Source of the DNA: Eutreptiella sp. 'Long Island Sound 2002'
Taxonomy: Eukaryota; Protista; Euglenida
Assembly (NCBI GenBank): GCA_964036045.1
Contig: OZ038378.1
Span: 6,138,001 to 6,202,000, forward strand
Direction: 5' to 3'
DNA: 64,000 bases
Part shown: positions 49,156-61,800 of the stretch, one piece after another
How positions within the stretch are numbered: the first letter of the stretch is position 1
How the letters are laid out: each line of letters opens with the position of its first letter
Translations under genes and position numbers: made by a program
Notes under the pieces: generated by a model
Databases searched by the model: none
What the model saw: only the letters and a program-made list of their open reading frames with translations
What the model was told of the DNA's origin: nothing

Positions 49156-50016
49156 TGCAACCCTCCCTCAGCTGCGCGGGTTCAGACTTTGTGAAGGCTT
49201 TGAATGTTTTGGCAGAGCTTGGGTGCAGCGACATGGCCAGCCCTGACTACAGGCCGCTGCCCTTTGGAATGCCAAGTTCTTGATCCTCAGCGTGTTGGGC
49301 GCTGTGACGCGATGTCTGCTGGGAGGGGACGTGAAGTCCTGTGCATGCGCCTTTACGATTGCTGCATTATGTTCCCCTTGTATTTGCTTGTCGGCCTTGC
49401 ACCATTTTACCCCACCCTCATGACTGTCACCCTGACGACCCATACGGACCCACCTCCTTCCTTGACCACACGCAAGTGCCACATGACAACGCATCGTACG
49501 GTGCTCCAACCAAAACGCTGGAGTGTCCGCTTGCCTCAGTCACATTTGCATACTTGGGGGTGAGATTTTGGGGCCACGGATTTCGCGTGTCAAAGTATCT
49601 CCCGCCAAAAACATGGGTGGAAACTAAAGCGCACCCCCGAAATTATGAAGTTGCAGTTTGCTGCGCCGATGATTCACCCACGCGAACGTCCACTTGAACT
49701 CCATGGGGTACGGTATGCGATTAGACGCAAAAAGAGTGGCGGGACGGTGTGTACAGCCTTTTGCACAGGATGCAGGCACTTCTGGATTTGATCTGCTCTC
49801 TGTTCTTGAAGCCTTCTGTTGGCGCTTTGAACGCAGAAAGGTTGTCGACCGATTCTGGGAAACCCAATGCGGTGATCCACACTTCTGACACTATAAAGCA
49901 TGCAATCCGGGCCCTATCATTCACGTGCTCACACTCAAGGCGCATGTGTCTCCGGACCAACATTTTTTACATTTCCTCCCGGAGCCGCAGTGCATTTGGA
50001 TTTTGGGCGGGGCTCC

Positions 50017-50048
<32 letters not shown>

Positions 50049-50049
50049 G
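50017..50049. repeat. (GTCT)n microsatellite
   Basis: About 8 tandem units. Confidence 0.92.
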
Positions 50050-52986
50050 CCCACCCGTCCATCTGTGGGGCTGCAGCTCCACGTGGTGCACCCCCAGTAG
50101 TCCTCATTCCTGCTCTTCCCATTCTTCGGTAAAACAGAACAGGAAACACAACAAAAGCAGCTGAAGCCAGTTGTGCACCTCTCAACTTGCACTAAGAGCT
50201 CACGGTGGACGGCTCTGAGGCAGGGTCAGCTTCCGGAGGCTCCGCCTGCTCACAATTTTCCTTTCAGTGTTGTGCATTTCCTGCACAAGCACAAATTTAC
50301 TTCGCGCCGAGTGCTTGTACATCGGCTTTTCTTGTTCTGGATTTGTGCCCCCCTACCCCCCCCGCCAGTGGAAGTATTGGAGGACGGCCCACTCGTCTAC
50401 AGGTCTCTGAAGCATTTCCCTATCAATGGGGGTGGTGCAGGCAGTGGCACAACTCTTTTTGCACAACAGTAATATTAATGTTAACTAAATTGAGACATGG
50501 CATACTGCGGTGTTTTGCAATGTCGCGTCGAACCAATGCTGCAACTCCACACTGCGACATCCATGACGAAACATTGGGCTGGCTGTCACGGGCGGCTTGC
50601 TGCACTTTTCGGACCATCTTGCGCGGTTGAACAATTGTGGATGGCTTGTGGCGCCTGGGAGTTGCGAACAACCCCTACTAACAGCCTGAGGGATGCTGCG
50701 GCATGTCACAGCAACCGAATTGCGGAAGTGTGGTGCTTGGTCAAGATTTCAGCCTCTGTATCCAAAGTGCTGTATGTCGACTATCCCGCTCCATGGTGCT
50801 GAGTGAAAGCCGCCTCTGTCTCGACTCCATTTAATTCAAAAGGGTGCCCAATCCTCGGTATCCTCTTCAAAATTCGATTTCGAACGAATCGCTGCACGCT
50901 TCCCTGACTGACACTGAGTGCCAAAATGGATGCACCGTCACCGACTGCCGGATGTTGACCGCTTTCGTAGTGCATTGAGACGTGCTCTTGTGGCTGCATG
51001 CTTTACTGCTTGGTTTGCCTTGGTCCCTTCGAAGAAATCCAATGCGTGTTCGGTTTGGGTGCACCACCCACACTTTTTACACTGCAAGAGCATAGGAGGG
51101 GCATGACTGGTAATCTGATTCAGGAGGAATAGAACTTTTCGCTTGGGGCACTAGGCTCGGGAAACTTGTAAATGGCATGTGGCATATGGCAGGTGCGGCA
51201 AAATTGGACGAGCTCTTAGGTGTATGCAGCAATGCACCACCAACTGCCACGTTGACTGCGGATGTTGCAAGAATAGAAAAAGATCCGGAGGGACAGGAGA
51301 CATGCCGTCTCAATGCCCTTTACCTAGAACCTGACTGAGCCTAGATAAGTGGGTCCAGCAGGTTCCTGCTGTGGTTGATGAACAATGGATAAGAACTGGG
51401 GTGTCAGGTGGTAAAACAACCAATCTAGGTTGGTGTTGTACATACGATCTGGTACCATTAATTTAGATTGCGGAACTTTCTCCTAGCTATTGGTGTTCGT
51501 CAAAAGTAAGGGTCATAGAAGTAGAAAAATCAAAAGCGGGCCAACATTTCAGCCAAGCTTAGTGCAAACCAACAAAATAGCATGGTCATTTTGCATGACC
51601 GGTAACCCTTGCTGAAATTTCGGCCAGCCTTTGAAAAAAGGGAAATACAACATACCAAATGAGAGTGGACATTAGAGGGGCCGAAATTTCGGCTAGATTG
51701 ACAATCACCATACAACCGTTGAATGGTTGCAAGATGGCATTCTCAAATCCCATACAACCCTCAACCAGTGAAGCTACCAAATGGTCAGTTTTTGGGCACA
51801 AAACAGTGGGCAGTTTGTGACTCCTAAGGGATAAGAAGGGATCAATGGGGGGGCACTTGATACATAACAAGTACTAACACAATGTTCGAAAAATTAGTTG
51901 GTTGGTCTAGGGAGCACAGAGAGCAGGGGGAGCAAAGGCAGCCAAAGAGAATCAACGAAGAAGGAAGGGGTGTTTGGGGCAACCTATGCCTCTTGGGGCG
52001 TTGGATACACCGCAAGTACAAACATGGTGTACAAAAGATTAGTTGTACCAGCTCAGGAGCAGAGAGAGAGTAAATGGGGCAACGGGATGCAAAAGGAATT
52101 AATGGTGGCTTGATACAATTGAAAGAGGAAGGGGGTTGAGGGGGAACCAATGACTATTGGATACATTCCACTTCAAAACGCGGTGTACAGGGTTACGGTC
52201 AGCCCCGAATGCTGCACGGGGGAGGGGGGGGCTGCTGGTGCAGCCCATGAAAAGGGGGTGGGGCACCCCCACCCGTTCCAATGCATCCCTGGGCCCAGGG
52301 GCGGGGGCATATGACCGCGTCCCTGTCATGAACATGGGGCTTTATGGACCGGATCGATGATTGGTACGCCACATACCGAAATGGAGGGACAGATTTCCAA
52401 TGAAGCCACAGTCAAGGGGTCCTCCCCGTGTCGGTGGGGCCCGGCCATTTGCGGCGGTGGCCCCACCCCCTTCACATCCACCCGTGCTTGGCTTGTGCCT
52501 GCAGGGGATTTGCACATGGATCACAAGTGCACCGTAATCCATCACCATAGATCCTCAATGTCACCGCCTCCCTCAACGCAGGAGGCTCCAGCCCATTCTA
52601 TACTTGGCCCCCACACATATTGCACATAGGGAGCGCTTCAAGTATTGCACCCAGCCGGAGTAAAGGGCCTTCTTGCCCTTTTTGAAATTCCATAAGCAGG
52701 GCAAGAAAATGTGCAACTTAGCACCATTTTGCTCCCCAAAATTAGATTTATCCACACGGAGAAAACGCCACTCGGCCTTCTACTAGCTACAACCCTACGT
52801 TAAATAACCAGCGTATTTTAACTTCTGCTTCAATGGTGTAGTTCCACCACCATGAGCACATGCCCATTGTTGAATTCATTCTCTTATTCGAATCCATTGC
52901 CTACCGAATGCTTGTGTTCCAATGATGTGTGTGGTCCAAGAGGTGGCAACAACCATCAAAGGAGATTCATAGCATGCTGCAATCTA

Positions 52987-52988
<2 letters not shown>

Positions 52989-53018
<30 letters not shown>
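52989..53018. repeat. (TG)n microsatellite
   Basis: Perfect TG run. Confidence 0.92.
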
Positions 53019-53022
<4 letters not shown>

Positions 53023-53199
53023 GTGTCTCAAGCACACGTGTGCATGCACATCCTCTTGAGTCTTTTCGCACTACAGAAGTGAGCAGAATTGCTCCCTTCA
53101 ATTTCATGTCGTCCGTCTCAACGAGCCTCGCCCTCCTAAGAAAATCCATTTGCATGGGCTAGGCAAGCTAGTCTATCTTATCCGCTCATCATGTCCGGT

Positions 53200-54060
53200 C
53201 GGTGGATGTGTAAGATAGATCTCTACAACTTCTATTAGAGCATCAACCTACCGAAATCCGGGGCTCCGGTGTTTGGCATGGCAGCTGGCGGGTGGTACAT
53301 GAAGCAACCCCACAACCCCACTCAACATCCCCAGTGTGAAGAGGTGAATGTCCCGCTGCACATGCACACAATCATGTTCGAGGAAAACCAAATAGTTGGA
53401 CATGGTGGCCGACAGTGCCAGCGATAGTTACAGGCTAGATTGGCACAATCTAAGGGGGGTTGCACCGAGTAAATGCAATACAACCCAGCCTAGAGATCCC
53501 CCATGCACATCATAGCTCTATACTTGGCAGAGTAAGCGGGGACCCATCCCGCGAGCTAAGGTGGGCCAAGCCTTGAAGAAGTTCCAATTTTCCTCTCCGT
53601 GGGGAGTGGATTGGTGCAAGAAAGACCACCCGCGATGGTGGTTCTTCAAGTACCCCTCTTGCCTCAACTTGTCCACCATTGAAAGGTCCGCTGAAAGGTC
53701 ATCTGCCAACCCTTGAACCAGCCCCCTATAGGTATCCCATGGCAACCACATTGTGAAGGATGCTTAGATAAGTGGCGGAAACCAACACAGGCGGTTCTCA
53801 TGTCCGACACCTAGCCAACAACGGCAATCGGGTGAGCTAGTGCTCTGCAAAGTCAGCCACGGTTGCATTGCAAGCATTGGTGTGGACTTGGGGGGGCCAA
53901 CTCGGCAAGACACACCTTGAGTTTGTGTTGTGCCCAAGAGGATGAGTGGAACCATTTGGCAAGGAACCGACCCACATGGGCATCCATCATGTTTGCTGCG
54001 CTGCTAAGGGCGACCAGCCGTTTGGGAATTTCTTTGATGGAGCTCATTGAACCAAGCTTG
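53200..54060 (-). pseudogene. Decayed coding remnant, possibly retroelement-derived
   Basis: Minus-strand pieces 53853-54047 and 53518-53751 read as protein (KLRQEGYLKNHHRGWSFLHQ...) but are broken by stops and shifts; no catalytic motif identified. Confidence 0.25.
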
Positions 54061-54274
54061 TGTACACAAGGTGTTCTAAAAGTTCTAAAAGTTCTACGAG
54101 AATCATGTTCTAATTTCTAACCTCTAAAATCTGGCAATAATTTTAGAATTCTAACTAGAACGACCTTTGGTTTCTTGCAAGTCTCAAGGGTAGATGCCGA
54201 TTCTCCACTTCGCAGCACCATGTCTCATAGTGCGCCAAAAAACGGGAATAAAACGGGTGAATCTTCTTGTTGGT

Positions 54275-54922
54275 TCATTTGCAGAGTGGTTTGCGCAGTA
54301 TCCATGGGCTTCTGCCTTGATGGTCTGTCGTAATGTTGGCTACGCCTGCGGCCCACACCAACTGTACCAATGGCATGATGCCATTGTCGGTGACGTAGAT
54401 CCATGTGCTTTCAGGCGTTTGAATAGAGAGCACCAAGCGCAATGTGCCACTTTTGATACTCATACTGAGATCTGCAATCTTGTAGGGGACCTTGTAATGA
54501 GTGTTGCCATCCAGTTTGTAGCCATAGTTCATGGGATCATATTTGGCATGATGCTTGCTACATACATGGCATGCATACATGCGTGTAGGCAAATGTATAT
54601 CATACACAACGAAAGGGCCGGTACGTCGCGGATGTGTTTGCGGTGGTAGTGGAAAAGGTGGTTTTTGGTACTGCAAATAAATGGCACATGTAACCCAAAG
54701 ACCAACTGTTGAGACCAGAGTGCATAGTAAAAAAAGGCAAGCCCCTAAAACGGAAACAAGGAAACAACAACATGCATCGTTTACACAACTAGCAGTACTA
54801 GCTGCTGCTAGGGCACAAAATGACACACCCGTTGGCAGTGAACCGATGGCTATTGGGGATTCACCACTGGCGCTTTGCCCTTTTTTTGACGTTGTTTTGG
54901 ACCCAAAATAACCCATTTTCAA
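54275..54922 (-). CDS. Intronless hypothetical ORF with a CxxC..HH motif, likely disrupted
   Basis: RMYACHVCSKHHAKYDPMNYGYKL followed by a globular-looking segment; a protein-like continuation in another frame runs to ~54155. Confidence 0.35.
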   Translation of the reverse strand: MKMGYFGSKTTSKKGQSASGESPIAIGSLPTGVSFCALAAASTASCVNDACCCFLVSVLGACLFLLCTLVSTVGLWVTCAIYLQYQKPPFPLPPQTHPRRTGPFVVYDIHLPTRMYACHVCSKHHAKYDPMNYGYKLDGNTHYKVPYKIADLSMSIKSGTLRLVLSIQTPESTWIYVTDNGIMPLVQLVWAAGVANITTDHQGRSPWILRKPLCK

Positions 54923-55881
54923 GGCATTTTGCCCTTTTCAGAGCGCCAAAATGGCTTGCCGCGGGCTCAAAATGGGGTAAAACCACTGGTTTGGCATCCC
55001 ATGTGGTCGAGGAACAATTTTGAAAACAGGCATTTTTTGATGGACCCAGTGGACCCATTGCTGTCCTGCCTTCTTTGGGCTTCAGCTTGCTGCCTTGTGC
55101 AGCCAAGTGGGCACCGCTACTGGGGTCTAGGAGTTGGAAACCACAAAAAGTGGGAACTTGTGGGTGGGCTAGGTGGCCGTGGAATCTGATTTTGAGCCGG
55201 ATAGCCTCAAATACGGTCCATTCTCAAGACACAGATTTTTGACCATTCTGGGGGCTTTTTGGGGGCTTTTCTGGGACACATTGTGGAGTTGGAGGGCTTG
55301 AACAGGTTTTGGGGCTGGTTTTGACCAAAAAATGGGTCTTTTTTTTTGGTCCAAATCGGCCAAGTTTTGGGAGGGCACCACCTGACTTGCCGCCATCGGT
55401 CGGGGGCGCAGTCGTGGAGTTTTCAGATCAAAATTTGGATTTGGCAAGGCCATCACGTAGGTTCTAGGATGGCTAAAACCCAAAGCATTGGGACAAAGTA
55501 GTGGCCAAAACGAAAAGGAGACGTATTGCTTGTTTGCTTGTTGTTAGCTAGATTTAAGGGGAGAGGGATGGAGTAATACATTTTTTTGTGTCATGTGAAT
55601 ACTCGTGTGACACTTAACCGCAGATATCTATCCCTCCCTGCAGCGTGCTCCAGGGGCAGCAGGCACAAGGTTTCCACATTGGCGTCCGTTGCCCTGCTCG
55701 TAACGGTCGTCCATTGCCCTTCAACCTTGGCCGGTTACTTTGGTTGCTTACATTGCCCTGCGCGTGGTTGAGTGGTGATTTTGTCCAACTGCCATGTTTC
55801 GTGTCATAGAAACTATCTGTGTTGTACATCTGGTTGGTATTTCGCACTCCCACTGTACCCGACAGTACCTCTTCTGCAACA

Positions 55882-58800
55882 ATGTTTGGAAAGAAGAAAG
55901 AGGGTGGTGGCCTCTTTGACCTCAAGAAGCCCAGGCACGCAGGCTCCGGATTCGTAAGTGGTCTCAAGAACATGGGTGGTGGCATCGCTGGAGGGATAGG
56001 CTTAGTAGCAGCCGCCCCGGTCATTGGAGCCAAGCAACAAGGAGCAGGCGGATTTGTTAAAGGCCTTGGTATTGGGCTCATCGGAGGCACCGTGGCAATT
56101 GTTGGTGGAGTAGGAACCGGTGTTGTGCAGATGGGCCGTGGAGTCATCAATACCCCTGAAGCCATCAAAGCAGAGCATGAGGGGAAGGTCTGGGACCCCT
56201 TCAACAACGATTGGGTTATGTACAAATTGGAAGAAGAGGCAGCTGATGTGCTAAATTTGTCGGAGCAGGAGTTCATCAAGAAGTACAATGAGGCACAGGA
56301 GGAGAAACAGAAGAAGGAGGGAAAATCGGACCCGTTGCTCGATGCTATGAAGGTCGCACCTGAGCTGCTTGTTTACTGTTAGCCTCATCAGAAGAACCCA
56401 TTACACAAACAGCTTCTGCCAGCATTTTACGAGGTACACAAGCACAGGGCACACTATGGCCACAGATGGCGTCCAGGTTCATGGGGTGTTCGACCAGTAC
56501 CCATTTGGAGGGCACACTGCATACAACGGAGGGTATAAAGCCTGTTTAGGTGCAAATTGCTGTTGCATAAGGGATTGGCTGTTGAAGTCAGGGAGTAGGT
56601 CACCCTGCCCTTCAATGCTAGCCACATGGAACAGGGAGGGACCTGCATGGGTCATATCAAGGAAGACAATCAGTATTCCTCAGAAGGAAGTTGCACCCGC
56701 AGACGGCTAGACATGTTAGTGAAGCTGGAGCTAAGGCAAGGGGCAGCCCAGCTACCTTCTTACCTGCCTCCTACTTCATCCTCCATGACTCTTAACACTG
56801 GACCCCGTGGATCCTCTGATGCAAACATGGGCAACCTATGTGCTCGCCTACCTACATAACTATCTCGATTCTGCTTGCCTGCTTATGTGGGGGCTGTTCA
56901 TCTCCGCAGGCAAGCAGGGAGGAAAGGCGGGTGGCGAGCGGGGGGATAGGAGGGCGGCGCCAGATGGATTCTCTTCCAGGGTGCTTGACTGCAAAAGAGG
57001 AGACGCACTTTCGCTCTCCCTTGCCCCCGCCCCGGTACCGCCAAGCAACTGCACGTGACAACACTGGGGGGCAACATCTGCGTCCGTCAACATCAGATTG
57101 CCACCATTGCACACTTCATTGTCACACACATGCCGATCTGTGTCACGGAGGCTTTACAAACGATGCCGATACCAATGGAGCGAGGCCGGCGGGGAGCATG
57201 TTTGGCAACAATGCACGGGGAGAACCAAGCCGCCCACTGTTTCCGTGTTTGCAGCAGGCAGCAGTTTCCTGTCCCCTGCTGCACCAAGCAGCGGTCACCA
57301 TGCCACGAGGGCCTGCAATGAAGAAACATAGCCCGCCTTTCGTCAGTCCCTCTGTTGCGCTGTGCTTAGCCCAAAGGGCCAGGAAATGGGTGGCGCTCCC
57401 CCCTTACCAGCCCCTCGCTTGTGCCTTACCTGCCACCAGCCCCTCGGCACGACAGCGTCCTGGTCCTTAAAGGCCTAGTGCCCTCTGGTGTATGTTGAAT
57501 CCCCCGGGCCTCAGGCGGTTGGGGTCAGAATGTCCTGCCGCTTAGCCCCAGGGCCCCTTTTAACAACTCGGCACCACTGGGGGGGGGGGGCTTGTGGGGG
57601 GTCCCACACTACCCGCCTACCCCCCTTAGACCCCCCCCCCTCCGTAAAAGATTGGGCCAATTTTTCTTCCGGGCCTTCGGCCGATCAAAAATTTTCTCTG
57701 GCGCCTTCAGCGCCTCCCAAAACTCAGCACCACTGCGGGGGGGGGGGGATGGGGGGGCTGGACCCCCCCCCAACCCCTTAAAAGGAGCCCTGCTTAGCCC
57801 CGCAGCCAACCCCTTGCGCACCAGCGTCTTGGGCTGCCTGTGCCCTGTGTCGTACTCTGTATTCTGCACCCCCATGGTCACACATCCCGGCATCAGCCCG
57901 GATGCCGTCTGTGCCCCATTGTGTGCCTTGGGCTTGTTCCCCATACCCCATACCCCCCCATACCCCATTCCGGGGGATCCTGAGGTGGGGTATGATCCCC
58001 AGGGAGGATCCACCTCGGGCCGTGCAAGCGGCCACGGACCGCAGAGGATCAGTCCCCGTCACGTCCTTGATCCTGTGGTAGTTTTTGGGGTAACTTAGGC
58101 AAAACCCAAGTGAAATGCACAAGACTCGCGTAGCGTACCCGTGTTGCCCGGGTTCGATTCAGACTTGGTCTCCGTTCACCGGCATCTTTATTGTGTTGGG
58201 GGTTGGAGGACGGAATAATCCGCTCCCAACTCCGGAGCCAGGCCCGCCGCTTATAGGCCTCTCGCCACCATCGGGGCGCACACCGCCGCAGGGTGCTCAG
58301 GAGGAGATCAAGAAGGAATCCGGAGAAACCCCCGCCGAAGGACCGACAGACCCCAAGGCCTACGGCGTCAAAGAAACCGAGCTTTACGACGTGTTGGGCG
58401 TGAAGCCTGACGCCACCGCCAACCAAATCAAAAAGGCCTACTACAAAAAGGCGCAGGTGCTGCATCCGGACAAGAACCCCGACGATCCCGACGCCAATGC
58501 CAAGTTCCAGAAGGTCGGCGAGGCGTACCAGATCTTGTCCGATGAGAACCTGCGCGCGAACTACGACAACTACGGACGGGACGGGGTGGACGACGCGCCC
58601 AAGATGGACAGCTCTGCGCTCTATGCGATGATCTTTGGCAGTGAGAAGTTCTTCAAATACGTTGGGGAGCTGCAGGTGCGAGCCTCACATTGTTCAGGGA
58701 CGGGGCCAGGCTGCCCGGGTTTGAGCTGAGGGGAGGCCTCACCCAAGCGTCACTCTTGTGAGCGGGACCCAAGCCTCCCAAGCCTCCCCCAAGCCTCACA

Positions 58801-61800
58801 AGCCTCCCCCAAGCCTCCCAAGCCTCCCCCAAGCCTCCCAAGCCTCGCCCAAGCCTCCCAAGCCTCGCCCAAGCCTCCCAAGCCTCCCCCAAGCCTCCCA
58901 AGCCTCCCCCAAGCCTCCCAAGCCTCGCCCAAGCCTCCCAAGCCTCGCCCAAGCCTCCCAAGCCTCCCCCAAGCCTCCCAAGCCTCCCCCAAGCCTCCCA
59001 AGCCTCCCCCAAGCCTCCCAAGCCTCCCCCAAGCCTCACAAGCCTCGCCCAAGCCTCACAAGCCTCCCCCAAGCCTCCCAAGCCTCGCCCAAGCCTCCCA
59101 AGCCTCGCCCAAGCCTCCCAAGCCTCGCCCAAGCCTCCCAAGCCTCCCCCAAGCCTCCCAAGCCTCCCCCAAGCCTCCCAAGCCTCCCCCAAGCCTCCCA
59201 AGCCTCCCCCAAGCCTCCCAAGCCTCCCCCAAGCCTCCCAAGCCTCCCCCAAGCCTCCCAAGCCTCGCCCAAGCCTCCCAAGCCTCGCCCAAGCCTCACA
59301 AGCCTCCCCCAAGCCTCCCAAGCCTCCCCCAAGCCTCCCAAGCCTCCCCCAAGCCTCCCAAGCCTCCCCCAAGCCTCCCAAGCCTCCCCCAAGCCTCCCA
59401 AGCCTCGCCCAAGCCTCACAAGCCTCGCCCAAGCCTCACAAGCCTCGCCCAAGCCTCACAAGCCTCCCCCAAGCCTCACAAGCCTCCCCCAAGCCTCCCA
59501 AGCCTCCCCCAAGCCTCACAAGCCTCCCCCAAGCCTCCCAAGCCTCCCCCAAGCCTCCCAAGCCTCCCCCAAGCCTCCCAAGCCTCCCCCAAGCCTCACC
59601 AGAGTCTGACCCGAGCAGCACTCAAGCACCAGTTTCACAGGTCGGTGTACGGACCAGTCCTTCAGGGCTGGGGGAGGGGTCTCTCTCTCCCTCTTCCTCC
59701 CTCTCTCTCCCCCTCTTTGCGGGAGTGCACTCGACGTTGGAAAGGCCATGGAGTTCCCAGTGGTTGCTCATGTGCATGTATAGTGTGGAGCTTATCATGG
59801 CATCCTTGATCGTGTGGTTTTCATCGTGATGACGCGTGATGACGCGGTCATGTGCTGGATTCTGATACGCGCGTGCATCTCGACACGCACGCGGCCGGTG
59901 CCACACGTGGGGTCAATCAAGGGGAGGTCCGTGATGAGGGACATTGGGTTTGCTAAGACTTCCCGGTGCGCGTACATTTCCCCAGATCGCATTCTCTTCT
60001 GATGTACCAAACTATTGCAGGGTGCAGCCCTGTGACTGTAAGACAAGTGGTAGGCAACGGCCTCAGAAACAATCCGGGACACGTGCCGTGCAGACAGAGT
60101 CCGGGTGACTGGAATTGCTCAAACACAGCACCGGACCTCTGTGCAACAGCAATCCGTCCCCAAAAGTACATAACTGCATCAAGTACCAGACGTGAAAATC
60201 AAGATAAAGCGCGCTTTGTTGTGAAATGCTGCCTTGGAGGTTATGAGCGGCTGCAGCAACGCCCGTAGGGGTGCTACAGCCCCTCTGTACGTCACATAAA
60301 GAACAGCCCAATGTGTGAGTGACAAGGCATATCATCGGTGTTTGCAGTGGTCAGAGGTGTATCCGACCCGTACACATCTCCACGTGCCAGCTGCAGGACC
60401 ACTGCCTGCAGGTCAGAGTGCTAGTGCCAGCATGCGCCTGAATATGATAGTCATCCGAAATACCGGGACTGGGGTGCATGGGTGCCTCACATGGGCTGCG
60501 CACCGTATTTGGCAACCGATCCACATCGGTCTGCTAGGTTTGCTGCTCAGCCCCCTTCCCCTCCACAGTGGCACTCCACTGCATGGGACCCAACTCTCTG
60601 CATTGATGGTGTGATGTTTGGCCGTGTATGTGCCCTCAGGACCCTCGATTGCAGTACGCATGGTGCAAGGTGCATAATGCACAGCTTACAGACTGCACAG
60701 TGCAGTGTGCACAGTGTACGGCACCGTCATATTCGAGTTCACCGTTGAGCTCCAAGCCCAGATCATACCTTGGCTCTCTGGTTGTGAAATTTTCACAGTC
60801 GCTACTGTCCCCTCGCTCTTGTCAGTCTGCTTCAGTTTTCAGCCGTTTAAGCGTTCACAGAGTATAGTCTTTGCAAGATCGTTTTTAGTCTCCGGACGGA
60901 CGGACACCGTTCAAAATTCCGAGGCAAAAGCTTCCTCTTTATGTAGCGACCCATCTCATGACTGACACAAGTTGCGGACAGACGCATTCGGGTGTGGGGT
61001 GTTGCCACTGGCGTTGGTCGCCTGTCATTTACTGACGTCTCGACGTCACCATCCTTTTGCTTGGAGGGATTTGTAGCAATGTTTCACAGCCAGACATCAG
61101 CGTCTGTGGAAGTAAGTGCTGGACTTCGGATATTTGGCCCTGATTGTTCAGTCTCCTTTCGGTTGCCTTCCGGTTTTCTTTGCCCCCATTCTGACTGTGA
61201 ATGGCCCCGTCCGCGCGTGGTGGTTTGTGTGTGCACCGCTGCACAGTTGGCGACGATGATGCAGAAGGGCGAGGACGAGGACATCCCGGAGCCGCTGATG
61301 GCGTTCAAGCAAACCAAGCGCGAAGTGCAGTGCGCCGTCGACCTGGCGGAGAAGGTCCAACTGTTTGTGGAGGGGAAGGAGGATGAGTTCAAGGAGCAGG
61401 TCACGGAGGAGGCCAAGGACCTGGCGAACTCGCCGTTCGGGGCCACGCTGCTGCACGCCATCGGGTACGTGTATGAGGAGCAGACGCAGGTGCGGCTGTC
61501 GCTGAAGGACGGAGGCAAGATGTTCAAGAAGTACCAGGTCTGCTGTAGTGCTTATGGCTGGGCAGTGGGCTGGGCACAACCCCCCCACCCCACCCCCCCC
61601 CACACACACATGCTGGAGTCGGCAAACCCAGCAGGAACTCGGAGTGTGCATCTGGATGCACCTGGTCAACCGTACGGGCAACAGCCCGTCTCCGGGACAG
61701 CCGACCCCGGAGTGGTCAAACAGGACAAGTCATCCAGGGGCTCCGTTGGCACAATCAAAACACGTTCACACCCACAGAGGGTCAGAATGTGCAAGGGCGA

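Noticed and set aside
58653-59749. Pro/Ser-rich and GEAWEAW ORFs up to 283 aa
   Set aside because: Stop-free frames of the 20-bp minisatellite inside a DnaJ intron.
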